Source: Nannocystis bainbridge (GTDB lineage: Bacteria; Myxococcota_A; Polyangia; Nannocystales; Nannocystaceae). Taken from it: 64,000 nt of DNA. Under the pieces are notes generated by a model. The model was not told the DNA's origin, ran no database searches, and saw only the letters and a program-made list of their open reading frames with translations. Position 1 is the stretch's first letter, and every line of letters starts with the position of its first letter. The stretch spans positions 2,784,001-2,848,000 of the forward strand of contig NZ_JAQNDL010000001.1 of assembly GCF_028368995.1 (NCBI RefSeq), given 5' to 3'. Shown here one piece after another: positions 19,673 through 30,900 of this stretch. Made by a program: the position numbers and the translations under genes.

Positions 19673-21307
19673 ATGTCGACTGGATCGGTCTCGCGTCCGC
19701 GCCTCTTCGTCGGCGGCGTCATGCTCCTGCTGCTCGCGCCGATCCTCGTCCAGGGCCTCGTGCGCCTGCTGTCCTCCTGGACAGGTGAGCCTCACCTCGC
19801 CCTGCCCGTCACCCTCGCCGCGCTGCTCGCCGTCGCCCTCGCCACCGCCGTCGCTCTCGTCCGCCGCGCCTTCCACCCGCTCGTCGCATGGGCCGCCGGC
19901 GGGCTCGCCGGGGGCCTCCTGCTCGTCCTCACCGGCGCCCCGCTGGCCGCCCTCGCCACCGCCGCCAGCCTCGGCGGCCTGCTCGTGCTCGGCCTCCCGC
20001 TCGCCGCCCGCGCCCCGCTCCCGCGCGGCCGCATCACGGCCGCCCTGTGGGCCCTGCTCGCCGCCATCGGCCTGCTGCAGTTCGCCCGCATGAGCGTCTT
20101 CATGGCCGATCCGACCCAGCGGTGGGGCGCGCTCGCCGACGCCGAGTTCATCTCGCGCCACTCCTGCCTCACCAGCTACGTGCACGGCGCCGAGCTCGCC
20201 CGGCGCGGCGACGCCAACATCTACGACGACCGCTACGGCTTCGAGCCCGCGGCGCCCGGGCCCGAGCTGCCGTCGGCGATCGACATCGGCCCGCTCACCA
20301 TGGACACCTACGAGTACCCGCCGCAGTTCCTCGCCTTGCCGCGGCTGATGCTCGCCCTCACCTCCGACTTCATGGCCATCCGCGCCCTGTGGTTCGCCTT
20401 GACCGCAGTCGTGTTCGTCGGTGTCAGCCTCGCCCTCGCGCGCTGGCTCGGCGGCGAAGCCGAGCGGCGGGCCCGCCTCCTCGTCATCGCCATCGGCCTG
20501 TCGCCGCCGCTGCTCATCACCGCCTACTTCGGCAACTTCCAGATCATGGCCATGGCCCTGTCGGCGCTGGCCATGCTGGCGATCGTCCAGGGTCGCACGC
20601 GCAGCGGCGCCGCCCTGCTCGCCTTCGTCATCAGCGCCAAGATCTTCCCCGGCATCCTCGGCGTGTGGTTGCTGGCCTCGCGCCGCTGGGCCGCCGCCGC
20701 CTGGACCGTGCTGTTCGCCGGCCTCTACGCCCTCCTCGCCCTGCTCCTGTTCGGCGCCCGCCCCTACGAAGATTTCCTCGGCTACCACCTGCCGCGCCTC
20801 GCCAGCGGCGAGACCTTCGCCTTCCTCAGCCAGCCGCTGCCCTCGATGTCCAACCTCGGCGTGTTCGGCGTGCCCTTCAAGGCGCGGATCGCCGGCTGGG
20901 GCGGCAGCGAGGCCGACGCCTGGGCCCTCGCCCGTCAGCTCGCCTGGGGCTACACCCTCGTCCTGTTCGTCGTCGCTGTCTCGTCCGGCTGGCGAAGGCC
21001 CGCGCCGACCACCCCGCGCGGTCGCGCCGTCATGCTCGGCGAGTGGTTCGGCCTGCTCGCCCTCGGCGCCATGCGCAGCCCGTTCGCCCCGCCCGAGGCG
21101 ATCATCCCCCTCGTCTGGGCCCTCGCCTTCCGCGCCGCCGCGGCCGAGCGCCGCCGCGAGGTCGTCGCCGTCGTCGCCGTCTGGATCGCCATCATGATCA
21201 TGATCCCCTCCGCGACCCAGCCGGTCGCGATCCTCGCCCTCGTCGTCCAGGCCCTCGTCTACGCCGCCGCCCTGTGGCTGGCCCTCGCCGGCCGCAAGTC
21301 CACCTGA
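19673..21307 (+). CDS. Polytopic GT-C glycosyltransferase (GT87/DUF2029-like)
   Basis: Many TM helices; YEYPPQF, GNFQI and KIFPG motifs. Confidence 0.8.
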   Translation: MSTGSVSRPRLFVGGVMLLLLAPILVQGLVRLLSSWTGEPHLALPVTLAALLAVALATAVALVRRAFHPLVAWAAGGLAGGLLLVLTGAPLAALATAASLGGLLVLGLPLAARAPLPRGRITAALWALLAAIGLLQFARMSVFMADPTQRWGALADAEFISRHSCLTSYVHGAELARRGDANIYDDRYGFEPAAPGPELPSAIDIGPLTMDTYEYPPQFLALPRLMLALTSDFMAIRALWFALTAVVFVGVSLALARWLGGEAERRARLLVIAIGLSPPLLITAYFGNFQIMAMALSALAMLAIVQGRTRSGAALLAFVISAKIFPGILGVWLLASRRWAAAAWTVLFAGLYALLALLLFGARPYEDFLGYHLPRLASGETFAFLSQPLPSMSNLGVFGVPFKARIAGWGGSEADAWALARQLAWGYTLVLFVVAVSSGWRRPAPTTPRGRAVMLGEWFGLLALGAMRSPFAPPEAIIPLVWALAFRAAAAERRREVVAVVAVWIAIMIMIPSATQPVAILALVVQALVYAAALWLALAGRKST

Positions 21308-21324
21308 CCGGGCCCGATGGGATG

Positions 21325-21408
21325 TGGCGGTTCGGGCATGTCCTCACGGGCATGCCCACAAGACCATGTCCAAATCGACATGTCTTAAAAAACATGTCCT
21401 GAAGAACA
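21325..21408. repeat. Intergenic array of 6 head-to-tail 14-bp units
   Basis: TGGCGGTTCGGGCA TGTCCTCACGGGCA TGCCCACAAGACCA TGTCCAAATCGACA TGTCTTAAAAAACA TGTCCTGAAGAACA. Confidence 0.92.
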
Positions 21409-21411
21409 GCC

Positions 21412-24318
21412 TCACCCCGGGTGCGACGCCAGCCACGCCTCGATGCGCCGCTGCGCCTCGGCCGGATCGGCGAGCGGCAGCCCCTCGGCCGCGGTTCTGG
21501 CGAGCGCCCGGCCGGCCGGCCGATCGCGGCGCCAGCGGGCCGTCGCGGTCCCCAGGTGGTCGAGCACGATCTCGAGCCCCGCCGAGGGGTTCATCGCCAC
21601 GATCGCGCGGCCGCGGGCCAGCAGCGGCGCCGCCTCCGTCGCGCGCTTGCTGGCCACCAGCGCCTCGCCCAGCAGGTGGGCCGCGAACCCCACCTCCACG
21701 TGCTCCGGCCCGAACACGCGCTCGCGGATCGCCAGCGCCTGCTGCAGCGGCGCGATCGCCTCGGCCGGGCGCCCGTCCATCTGCAGCACGATCCCCAGGT
21801 CGTAAAAGATCCACGACGCCTCGCTGCTGGCCTGCTCCCCGCGCGCCTGCGCGATCGCCTCGCCGCGGCGCAGGTGCGCCTCCGCGGCCGCGAACTCGCC
21901 GCGCGACGCCAGCTCGAGCGCCAGGTTGCACAGCGGCGTCAGCAGGGCCATCGCCTCGCTCCCGTGCGCCTCCTCGGCCACCGCCAGCGAGCGACGGTTG
22001 AGCCCCAGGCACTCCGCCTCGCGCCCCGTCTGGCACGACGCCACCGCCAGCCCGGCCAGCGTCTCGGCCACCGCCGGGTGGGCCCCGCCCAGGCTGCGTT
22101 CGCGGATCGCCAGCGCCCGGCGGAAGTGGCCCAGCGCCGCCTCGTGCTCGAGCCGCTGCACCGCCACCCGCCCGAGGTTGTGCAGCACCACCGCCACGTC
22201 CGGGTGGTGCTGGCCCAGCACCTGCTGGCGCAGCGCCAGCGACTCGCGCAGCAGCGCCTCCGCCTCGTCGAGCCGGTTCTGGTCCATGCGCGACGACGCC
22301 AGCGCGTTGGCGGCCCGCACGAAGTCGAGCGGCGCCTCGCGCTTGCGCGACTCGGCCAGCGCCAGCGCCCGCGTCTGCACCTCGGCCGCCTCCACCAGCC
22401 GGTCCGCGCCGGACAGCGTCAGCCCGAGCGCCATCAATTGGGCCAGCCGCGGCGTCGGCGGGTCACCGATCCGTCGCAGCTTGGCGTCGGCGACATCGCT
22501 CCACAGCAGCGCCTCGGCCGGCTCGCGCAGGCGCACCCCGTTGACGTGGCTGAGCTGCGTCGCCGCCGTCGCGGCCACCTCGTCGTGGCCGGCCGCCTCG
22601 GCCACCGCGAACGCCCGCCGCAACGTCGCTCGCGCCTCCGCGTACTCGGCCGCGGCCGCCTGCGCCGACCCGTGGCGGACCAGCGCCTCTGCCAGCGCCG
22701 GCGCGTAGCCGACAGCCTCTGCCGCCTCCACCGCCCCGCGCGCCGCGTCGCGGGCCGTCTTGAACCTGCCCGCGTCGAACTCCGCCTTGGCCGCCGCCAG
22801 CCGGTCGCGCAGCCCTGCCACCGCCTCGACCTGGGCCGGCTCGCGCGGCGGCGGCAATCGCTCCGCCTCGGCGCGCAGCGTCGCCAGCTCGGCGCAGCGG
22901 GCCAGCGGCGTCAGCCCCGAGGCCGCCTGGGCCGCCCCGCGGACCGCGTCGAAGTCGGCCGCCTGCAGCACCCCCGCCACCGCCGCCAGCTCGGCCCGCC
23001 GGCGCTCGAGGCAGCCTTCGTGCAGCGCCTGGACCTCGGGCGCCAGCCCGCCCGCATGGCGCAAGAGACATGCCCTTTCGGTCATGTCCTGAAGTTCATC
23101 CGCGTACGCGTCGAGCCGGTGGGCCGCGGCCGCCCACGCGTCGGCCGCGAACGGCGCCGCCGTGGCCAGCACCGCCGCCCGCGCCGCTGCCCGCCCGCCC
23201 TCGTCCCAGCCCGGCACCAGCCCCGCCGCGGTCCGGCACTGCGCCGCCACCTGGCCCTCAGGACCTGTCCTTGCCGCCATGTACCCAAAGCCAGCCGCGA
23301 TCGCGACCGCCGCCAGCGCCCCGGCCGCGATCAGCCGCCGCGTGCGCCGCTGGCCCGCCTCGGTCAGCGCCGCCAGCAGCGCCGCCATGTCGGGGAAGCG
23401 GCCGTCGGGGTCGAGCGTCAGCCCGCGGCGCAGCACCGCCGCCACCGCCGCCGGGACCTGGCCTCGCGGCGCCCGCAGCTCGCCCGCGAACACCTGCGGC
23501 GCCAGCTCCTCGACCCGGCGACCGACGAACGGCCGCGCCCCGTACAGCCCCTCCCACAGCGACACGCAGAAGCCGAACTGGTCCGAGCGGGCGTCGGCCG
23601 GCGCGCGCATCATCTGCTCCGGGGCCATGTACGCCGGCGTCCCGAGCAGCGTCCCGGCCTCCGTCAGCGGCCCTGACAGCGCCGACGCGTCGGCCGCGAA
23701 CAGCCGCGCCGTATCGGTCAGCGCCAGCGGCAGCCGCGGCGACGCGCCCGGCTCCTCGTCGCCGAGCGCCGGCACCCGGGCGATCCCGAAGTCGACCACG
23801 CAGACCCGCCCGCTGGCGTCGATCATCGCGTTGTCGGGCTTGAAGTCGCGGTGGACCAGCCCGGCCGCGTGCGCCGCTGCCAGCCCGCGGCCGGCCTGCA
23901 GGTAGGCCGCCAGGATCTCGCGCCACTTCCTCGCCTGTCTCTTCTGCCATGTCCTCAGGGTCAGGCCGTCGAAGAACTCCATGGCCAGGAACACCCGCCC
24001 GTCGGCGCTGCCGACCGCGTAGACCTGGACCACGTTCGGGTGCGAAAGCTTGGCCAGCGCCTGCGCCTCGCGCAGCATCCGCGCCCGCCCGAACGAGCCC
24101 TCGTGCTCGCCCGCGTGCATCCACTTGAGCGCGACGCAGCGGTCGAGCTCCTCGTCGTAGGCCAGGTAGACCGCCCCCATCCCGCCGACCCCGAGCTGAC
24201 GGATCACCGTGTAGCGGTCGATGCGGAACGGCTGCGGCGCCGCGACGTCTCGCGCCGGCGGCCCCGACTCGTGCCGCGTCGGGACCTCGCTCGGGTCGCT
24301 TGTGGCCGCCGGTTCCAC
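21412..24318 (-). CDS. Ser/Thr protein kinase with TM segment and TPR repeats
   Basis: LGVGGMG, VALK, HRDFKPDN, DFG, GTPAYMAPE; C-terminal LGxxHPxVA TPR repeats. Confidence 0.93.
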   Translation of the reverse strand: MEPAATSDPSEVPTRHESGPPARDVAAPQPFRIDRYTVIRQLGVGGMGAVYLAYDEELDRCVALKWMHAGEHEGSFGRARMLREAQALAKLSHPNVVQVYAVGSADGRVFLAMEFFDGLTLRTWQKRQARKWREILAAYLQAGRGLAAAHAAGLVHRDFKPDNAMIDASGRVCVVDFGIARVPALGDEEPGASPRLPLALTDTARLFAADASALSGPLTEAGTLLGTPAYMAPEQMMRAPADARSDQFGFCVSLWEGLYGARPFVGRRVEELAPQVFAGELRAPRGQVPAAVAAVLRRGLTLDPDGRFPDMAALLAALTEAGQRRTRRLIAAGALAAVAIAAGFGYMAARTGPEGQVAAQCRTAAGLVPGWDEGGRAAARAAVLATAAPFAADAWAAAAHRLDAYADELQDMTERACLLRHAGGLAPEVQALHEGCLERRRAELAAVAGVLQAADFDAVRGAAQAASGLTPLARCAELATLRAEAERLPPPREPAQVEAVAGLRDRLAAAKAEFDAGRFKTARDAARGAVEAAEAVGYAPALAEALVRHGSAQAAAAEYAEARATLRRAFAVAEAAGHDEVAATAATQLSHVNGVRLREPAEALLWSDVADAKLRRIGDPPTPRLAQLMALGLTLSGADRLVEAAEVQTRALALAESRKREAPLDFVRAANALASSRMDQNRLDEAEALLRESLALRQQVLGQHHPDVAVVLHNLGRVAVQRLEHEAALGHFRRALAIRERSLGGAHPAVAETLAGLAVASCQTGREAECLGLNRRSLAVAEEAHGSEAMALLTPLCNLALELASRGEFAAAEAHLRRGEAIAQARGEQASSEASWIFYDLGIVLQMDGRPAEAIAPLQQALAIRERVFGPEHVEVGFAAHLLGEALVASKRATEAAPLLARGRAIVAMNPSAGLEIVLDHLGTATARWRRDRPAGRALARTAAEGLPLADPAEAQRRIEAWLASHPG

Positions 24319-24466
24319 CCTGGCCGCACCAGCGTACCGAGCCGGTCCCGCGACGGGAACGCCGACGGATCACTGTCCCGCAATTCGGCGACATTTCGCC
24401 GCGCAAGTGCGAATCGGGCCCTCGCCCAGCCGGCGCGCGCCTTCGAGCCGTGCGCCCGCGCCGCCG

Positions 24467-26578
24467 TCACTCGGGATCGCAGGCCCCGTCGCAGAAGTTC
24501 TCGATCTGCCCACCTGGCCGCAGGAACATGTCGATCTGCGTCCGGATCTTCGGGTTGCGGCGGACATTCTCGTGCACGTTGTACTCGCCGGGCGGCTCCT
24601 TCGGGATCTCCGCCTCGATCCCCGGCAGCTCGGGCACGTGATAGTCGACGTTGACCCCGGCCGAGCCCGCCGACGGCGCAGGTGTGGTCTGCAGGCCGTA
24701 GACCGGCCGGGCCGGCGGGTCGAGCAGATCGATCCCCGTCGCCCGCATCAGCAGCTCGCTGGCGAGGTTGTTGACCGAGTGATCGCCGATGCCATACGAG
24801 AACAGGATCTTGCGCGCCGGGCTGTCCTCGTACGGCTGCTGCAACACCCGCGGCGCGTAGGTCAGCGGGTCGACGCGGTCCCAGGTGTGCTGGCTGAGGG
24901 CGATGAACTTCTGGATCAGCAGCGGCTCGTCGCCGATCACCACCTTGACGATGTCGAACAGCATCGAGAACGAGCCCGAGCGCGTCATCATCAGCGAATA
25001 CGGCCCGCCGCCGACGTCGAGCACCGCCTTCTCGACCACCGGCGACAGCGCCATGAACGTCAGGCCGAAGATCGAGCCCTGCGAGATGCCGTACCAGTAG
25101 ACCTCGTCCGGCGCGTAGAGCAGCTGACCGAACGCCTCGAGCTCGGCGCTGTCCGCCAGCGTGGTCTGGATCGCGTACGACAGCGCCAGCTGGTTGGCGA
25201 AGCCCTGGTGCAGCCGGTCGGTGAACAGGAACAGGTCGGACGGGTCCTCGAAGATCGTCTCGACCACCACGCCCTGGTCCTCGAGCGCCATCCCGGCCCA
25301 CTCGGTGGCGACCATGATGAACTTGCGCTCGGTCGAGAACGCCCGCATCGCGCTCCAGTTGATCTCCTCGCGCTCGCCGAAGAACCCGTGGCCGTACTGG
25401 ATGATGCGCGCCGGCTCGAAGTCGGCCGCGAGCGGCCACACCGACCTCGGCACCTGCAGCGTGAACGGGACCCAGATCGTCCCGTTGGCCGCCGGCTTCC
25501 CGTCGGGCCCGCGGTGGATCCGCGCCATCGGCTCGTCGGCCTCGAGGTACAGCGGCACCTCGAACTTGCCCTCGACCCGCAGCGCGAACTCCTCGCTGTA
25601 GTCGGGGATCACGTTGTCGAACTCGATCGCCGGCCCGGCCGCGCCCAGCGTCGCGATCACGTCCTCGCGGATCGCCAGCAGGTCATCGGTGTTGCGCGCC
25701 TCCGAGGCCGTCGTGAAGTCCCACGCCAGCTGCAGCCCCGCGCGCGCCACCCCGGCCTGCTCGAGCACCGGGAAGATCTGCTCCTCGTAGCGCTGCGCCA
25801 GCGGCTCCAGCACCGCATGCCCCGCGACATCGCCCTGCAGCACGTGGGCGAAGCCCAGCGGCGGCGCCACGGCCGTCCCATCGGCCGCCACAAGCCCCTG
25901 GAACGCCACCACGTAGCGCGCGCTGTCCTTCAGCCGCACGAACGGCCGCACGATCAGCGCCTGCCGCGTCGGGTCGTCCGTCATCGCGTCGAGCTCGACC
26001 CAGTGCGGCACCAGCTCGCCGGTCTCGACCTCGATCAGCAGCGTCGGGCTGCTCGCCGTCAGCGTCGCGTCGCCGTCACCTGTATGAAAGGTCAGGTTCT
26101 TGGTGTCGATGCCCTCCGGGAACAGCGCCAGGATCGGCATGTGGTGCGAGAACCCGTCGGTCGGGTGCGCCGCCAGGTTGTCGATCGACGCGCCCATCAT
26201 GGTCTTTGGGACAGCCTGCTCCGTCAGCGCCACCCGCACCCCGTTCGGCAGCCCCGCGTCCTCGACCAGGAAGAAGTCCGACGGGTACGGCAGCAAGCAG
26301 TCGGCCGCGTACGCGATCGGGTTGCAGCCCTCCGGCACCTCCGCCGGCGGCAGCGGCTCGCCGGTCGTCGGCTCCTCGGTCGTCGCGCTCGTCTCGGTCG
26401 TCGTCGCCTCGGTCGTCGTCGGCGTCACGTCGGTCGTCGGCGTCCCGGTCGTCGTCGCCGCGCTCGTCGAGCTGGCGTCTTCCGTCGTCGCCGAGCCGGC
26501 GTCGCCGCAGGCCAGCACCATCAGCGCCGCCAGCGACGCCAGACACGAACAGGGGAACGAGGACCGCGGGTGCTTCAT
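24467..26578 (-). CDS. Lipoprotein with C-terminal alpha/beta-hydrolase domain
   Basis: Lipobox VLAC, Thr-rich linker, YGHG oxyanion-like motif, nucleophile elbow GISQG, late GDH and H residues. Confidence 0.75.
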   Translation of the reverse strand: MKHPRSSFPCSCLASLAALMVLACGDAGSATTEDASSTSAATTTGTPTTDVTPTTTEATTTETSATTEEPTTGEPLPPAEVPEGCNPIAYAADCLLPYPSDFFLVEDAGLPNGVRVALTEQAVPKTMMGASIDNLAAHPTDGFSHHMPILALFPEGIDTKNLTFHTGDGDATLTASSPTLLIEVETGELVPHWVELDAMTDDPTRQALIVRPFVRLKDSARYVVAFQGLVAADGTAVAPPLGFAHVLQGDVAGHAVLEPLAQRYEEQIFPVLEQAGVARAGLQLAWDFTTASEARNTDDLLAIREDVIATLGAAGPAIEFDNVIPDYSEEFALRVEGKFEVPLYLEADEPMARIHRGPDGKPAANGTIWVPFTLQVPRSVWPLAADFEPARIIQYGHGFFGEREEINWSAMRAFSTERKFIMVATEWAGMALEDQGVVVETIFEDPSDLFLFTDRLHQGFANQLALSYAIQTTLADSAELEAFGQLLYAPDEVYWYGISQGSIFGLTFMALSPVVEKAVLDVGGGPYSLMMTRSGSFSMLFDIVKVVIGDEPLLIQKFIALSQHTWDRVDPLTYAPRVLQQPYEDSPARKILFSYGIGDHSVNNLASELLMRATGIDLLDPPARPVYGLQTTPAPSAGSAGVNVDYHVPELPGIEAEIPKEPPGEYNVHENVRRNPKIRTQIDMFLRPGGQIENFCDGACDPE

Positions 26579-26828
26579 GATCGGCCGATCATAAGCGCCG
26601 GCGGACAAATCCGGCGCGCCCGCCCTCGCGGGCCCGCTCACCCTCGCCAGCCCCCGCGAGCCGGAGCGAAGATCGGGCCGACGACGCCAAGGCCCGCCTC
26701 CGCGCCAAACCATGCGCCCGAGGCTCTCGCTCTCCGGGCTCGCGCCCTCGGGCGCCCCAGGGCGACCGCACCACCTCCGCCGCCTCACGCACCTCGCGCA
26801 CGGGCCACAAACGCCGGCCCGAGCCGGC

Positions 26829-27257
26829 TCACGGCCGCCCGGACGGCAGCGCCCGCCGCACCAGCGCCACGTACACCAGCAGCCCCACGGGCCCGAGCAT
26901 CAGCGTCAGCACCTGGCACGGCACCACCAGCAAGCGCGAGCTGCCGCGCGCCGCCGCGTCGCGACCGATCCACGCGCCGACCCACAGATCGAACGCCAGG
27001 TAATGCACCCACCCGGCCAGCATCACCCACGGGTTCTGGAACAGCCGCATCACGCCCTCGAGCGAGTTGAAGGCCCGCAGGTCCTCCGTCGTGAAGTGCG
27101 GCAGCAGGATCGCCAGGTAGATCGCCGACAGCAGCAGCGAGAACACCCCGCTGTACACCAGCCGCTGCGTCACGCGAGCCCGCGGCGCCAACCACAGCAG
27201 CACCCAGCCGGCCAGGGTCGCGGAGTTGAGGATTGTGAACAGTCGATGCGGATCCAC
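26829..27257 (-). CDS. ABA4-like (DUF4281) membrane protein
   Basis: LAGWVHYLAFDLWVGAWI and LTLMLGPVGLL are typical of the family; GTG start at 27257. Confidence 0.85.
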   Translation of the reverse strand: MDPHRLFTILNSATLAGWVLLWLAPRARVTQRLVYSGVFSLLLSAIYLAILLPHFTTEDLRAFNSLEGVMRLFQNPWVMLAGWVHYLAFDLWVGAWIGRDAAARGSSRLLVVPCQVLTLMLGPVGLLVYVALVRRALPSGRP

Positions 27258-27488
27258 GACCCGCAGCGTCTCACAATCCCGCCCCGCCGCGCACCCCGAT
27301 CCGCACCGGCTCTCGCCTGAACCCTCCGGCAGCCCCACCTCGCCACGATCCCGGCCCCCCAGGAATCACCTCGCGTCGCCCCTCCTCGACCCGAGCAGCC
27401 GCCCGGCCCACCACGCTCCCGCCCCACGCGCAGATCGCTCCGCCCAGCACCGCCCCGACCCGGCCCGCGCGGCGTCCTCTCTCTCCAA

Positions 27489-27572
27489 CCTGTCCCTTCG
27501 GCCATCAATGCCTGTCCCTTCGACCATCAAAACCTGTCCCTTCGGCCATCAAGACCTGTCCCTTCGGCCATC
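27489..27572. repeat. 22-bp tandem repeat x4 containing the 14-mer TGTCCCTTCG(G/A)CCA
   Basis: 14-mers start at 27491, 27513, 27535 and 27557. Confidence 0.9.
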
Positions 27573-27920
27573 TAGCATCCCCGCATCCGCTGCCTCCATT
27601 TGATTCGTCCCTGACCCTCCTGCCATCTCCCCGCCTTCCGACACTCTCGTTCGCCTCTCTCGCCCCACGCACCGTCCCTGTCCTGAGGGACATCTCCTTG
27701 CGCGCACACCGACTCGCGGCGGTGGGGTCTGGGAGCCCCGCGGAGCGCGCGGATCCGTCCAGGCTGGCATTTTCGCCGGCGTCTGCGCGGCATACGATCT
27801 CGCACCCCTCGCACCCCTCGCTCTCGGCGATCGTGCGCGCCGCGCCGCCCTCCCGTGATAGATTGGCGGTGCTCCGGCCTGCCGCCGCACCGGGCGCCGG
27901 TCACCGCGGGAGCGAGCCCC

Positions 27921-30900
27921 GTGTACTTCCGTGTCGTCCAGCAAACGCGCGACGCGCTCGCGTTCCAGGTCGTCCTCGAAGGCGAGCGGATCGGCCTGAC
28001 CAGCGTCGAGTTCCGCGATCAGCCCGCGGTCGAGCGCGCGATCGAGGCCGTCATCGCCAGCTTGCGCGAGGGCGTCGACGCCTCCTTGCAGGTCGAGGGG
28101 GACAGCTATCACTTCACCTTGCGCGGCGAGGACGGCGGCCTCCTGGCCCGCGGGATCGCCTGCCCGAGCCCGGCCGAGGCCGACGCCAACCTCGCCGAGC
28201 TCCAGCGCTGGGTCGTCGGCGCCGAGCGGTTCCGCATCGTCAACCTCGCCCGCCCGCAGCGCAGCGGCGCCAAGCCCGTCGACACCATCCAGGTCGCCGT
28301 GCGCTACGACCTCGCGGCCTGCCGCGCCGACAGGCCTGGCCTCGAGCTGCTCAGCCGCGCCAGCGACGGCCTCTTCACCGCCCACCTCCACGGCGAGCGC
28401 GGCGAAGTCCTGCTCTACTTGCGCGGCTTCACCACCCGCTCCGCGCGCGACGAGCAGGTCGAATCGGTCCTCGCCGCCGCCGCCGACCCGCGGCGCTTCG
28501 ATCGGCGCGAGGCCGAGGGTCGGCGTTACTTCGTCCTCACCGCCCGCAACGGCCGGGAGATCGCCCGCGGCCCCTGGCTCGCCAGCGAAGCCGAGTGCGA
28601 CGCCGCCATCACCCAGCTCGTGCGGCTCGCCCCGATCGAGGCCAAGGAGTTTGCGGGTGCGCGGACCCGCCGCAAGGTGGCCGAATCCGGCTACGACCTC
28701 ACCCGCAGATCGACCTCGGGAGCTGCCGGATTCGAGGCTTTCAAGGCTAACGACGGCCATCATTATTTCCACCTCAACGACGAGCGCGGCGAAGCCCTCC
28801 TCTTCAGCCACGGTTACAGCACCCCCAAGGCCCGCGATCACGGCATTCGCAGCCTGCTCAAGGGCGCCGGCGATCCCGTGTGCTACCGCGTCGCCGGCGA
28901 CGAGCTGCGCTTCGCCGTCTCCGCCGTCAACGGCCGCGAGCTGACCCGCAGCCGCCTGTTCGGCAGCCGCGCCGCCCTCGACCGCGCCGTCGCGTGGATC
29001 CGCGGCGAGATCCTCCAACATGGCCGCAAGTACGGCATCCGCCTGTGGGAGTCCTCGTTCATCGAGCTCCCGCACGAACTCGCCAGCGGCGAGGGCGACA
29101 CCGGCCAATCCCCGGACCCCGACGCGCTGGCCCGCCAGGCCCTCGACGCCTCACGCGACACCTCCCTCGCCCGCCTCGCCCCACCCTCGCCCCCCGCAAC
29201 CTCGCCCGCTCCTGCCGCGACGTCACCGACACCCGCCGCGACCTCGCCCTCTCCTGCGACCTCGCCCGCGTCGCCCGCCGCGACCTCGCCCACGACCCTC
29301 GCCGCGACCTCGCCCACTACGACCTCGCCTGCGTCGCCCGCCACGACCTCGCCCACTCCTGCGACCTCGCCACCCGCCGCGACCTCGACCTCGCCTGCGA
29401 CCTCGCCCGCGTCGCCCGCCGCGACCTCGCCCACTCCTGCGACCTCGCCCACTCCTGCAACCGCCTCGCCCGCCGCGACCTCGCCCACTCCTGCCGCCGC
29501 GTCCCCGACGCTCCCCGCTTCTGCCGACGCCCCCACCCCCGCGGCCTTCGATCATTCACCAGCCTCCACCGCCCGCGCCGTCTCCGCCCTCTCCCCCGAC
29601 GCCTCGCCGCAATCGTCGGATCAGGTCGACCGCACCGGTTCCCTGACCACCGAAGCCCGCGAATCCGCTGCTTCGCCGGTCGCCCCGCATGACCCCGCGC
29701 ATTCGCACGGCGCACACGCAGCCGACCTCTCGCATTCGTCGGGCGAGCCTCCAGCATCCGCGCCTTCACAGCCCTCCCCGACAACCACCTCACATTCACC
29801 ACAGCCCCCCGCGGCATCCACGCATCCTTCGGAAGCCCCCGCCCTCGCGCATTCGCCGGACACGCTCGCCGTCACCTCTGCGCATTCACCAGACGCTCCC
29901 GCTCCTGCCACGAATCCGCCAGACGCTCCCGCTTCTACCGTCCTCCAGCATTCGCAGGACGCTCCCGACTCCGTACATGCGCCGGCCGCTCCCGACTCTG
30001 CGCATTCTGCGAGCGCGCGAGCCCCTTCCCCCCATCCGCCCGACGTCCCCGCCTCACATCCACCCGTCGAGCCCCCCGCGTCGCAATCGCCCGCCTCCAT
30101 CGGCCGCGACGACGCTCCCGCGCCCTCCGCCGATTCGCCCGACGAGCCCGAGTCCGCCGAATCCAAACAATCACCCGACGACCCCGCCGAAGAAGCATTC
30201 GCCCCGAACACCCTCCCCCCTCCAGCCGAAATCACCCCACCCGGCGCCCCTCTCGACGAGTCCGAGCCCACCGCCCCTTCTGACTCTCCCGAAGCCTCCG
30301 CGCCCACTGCCTTCTCGTCTTCTCCCGAGCTCGCCGCCTCCGCGCATTCACCGGAAGAGCAAGCCTCATCCTCGCCGGACCTCGAGCTGCAACCAGCCAG
30401 CGCCGAGCCCACCGGCCGCGCCCACGCTCCCGCCGCGTCGCCCGCCAGCGAAGCCCCGCCTCCTCCTCCCCGTGACGTCTCCAGTCGACCCAGCGGCCCC
30501 TTCTCCGCCGACGAGCTCGACGAAGCTCTCGCCCCGCTCGACGCCCTCGAGTTCGACGAAGCGATCCCGATCGCCCTCGATCGCCAGGACTCCGCCACCT
30601 TCGCCGCCGCCTCGGCCCACGCCCTCCCCCACGTCCCGCCGGCCAACGAAGACTCGCTGACCATCGAGCTCGACTCCACCGAACTCTCGACCTTCGCGCC
30701 TGCCTCGCCCCACCATTCCCCGCTCCCCCTCGACGCGCCTCCCAGCTCCCTCCGGCTCGAGCGTGACGGCTCTGCTCCCGCCTCCCAGGCCCCGTTCGAT
30801 CTCCGCGCTCCCAAGCCACCGGGCCCGGCGCCGTTCGATCTCCGCACCCCTCAGTCGTCGCGCCCCGCCTCCTTCGATCGCCAGCCAGCGCCGCCCCAGT

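Noticed and set aside
27489-27572. Mini-CRISPR or plasmid iterons
   Set aside because: The 22-bp units abut without spacers and there is no rep or cas gene nearby; better explained as an amplified 14-bp motif.
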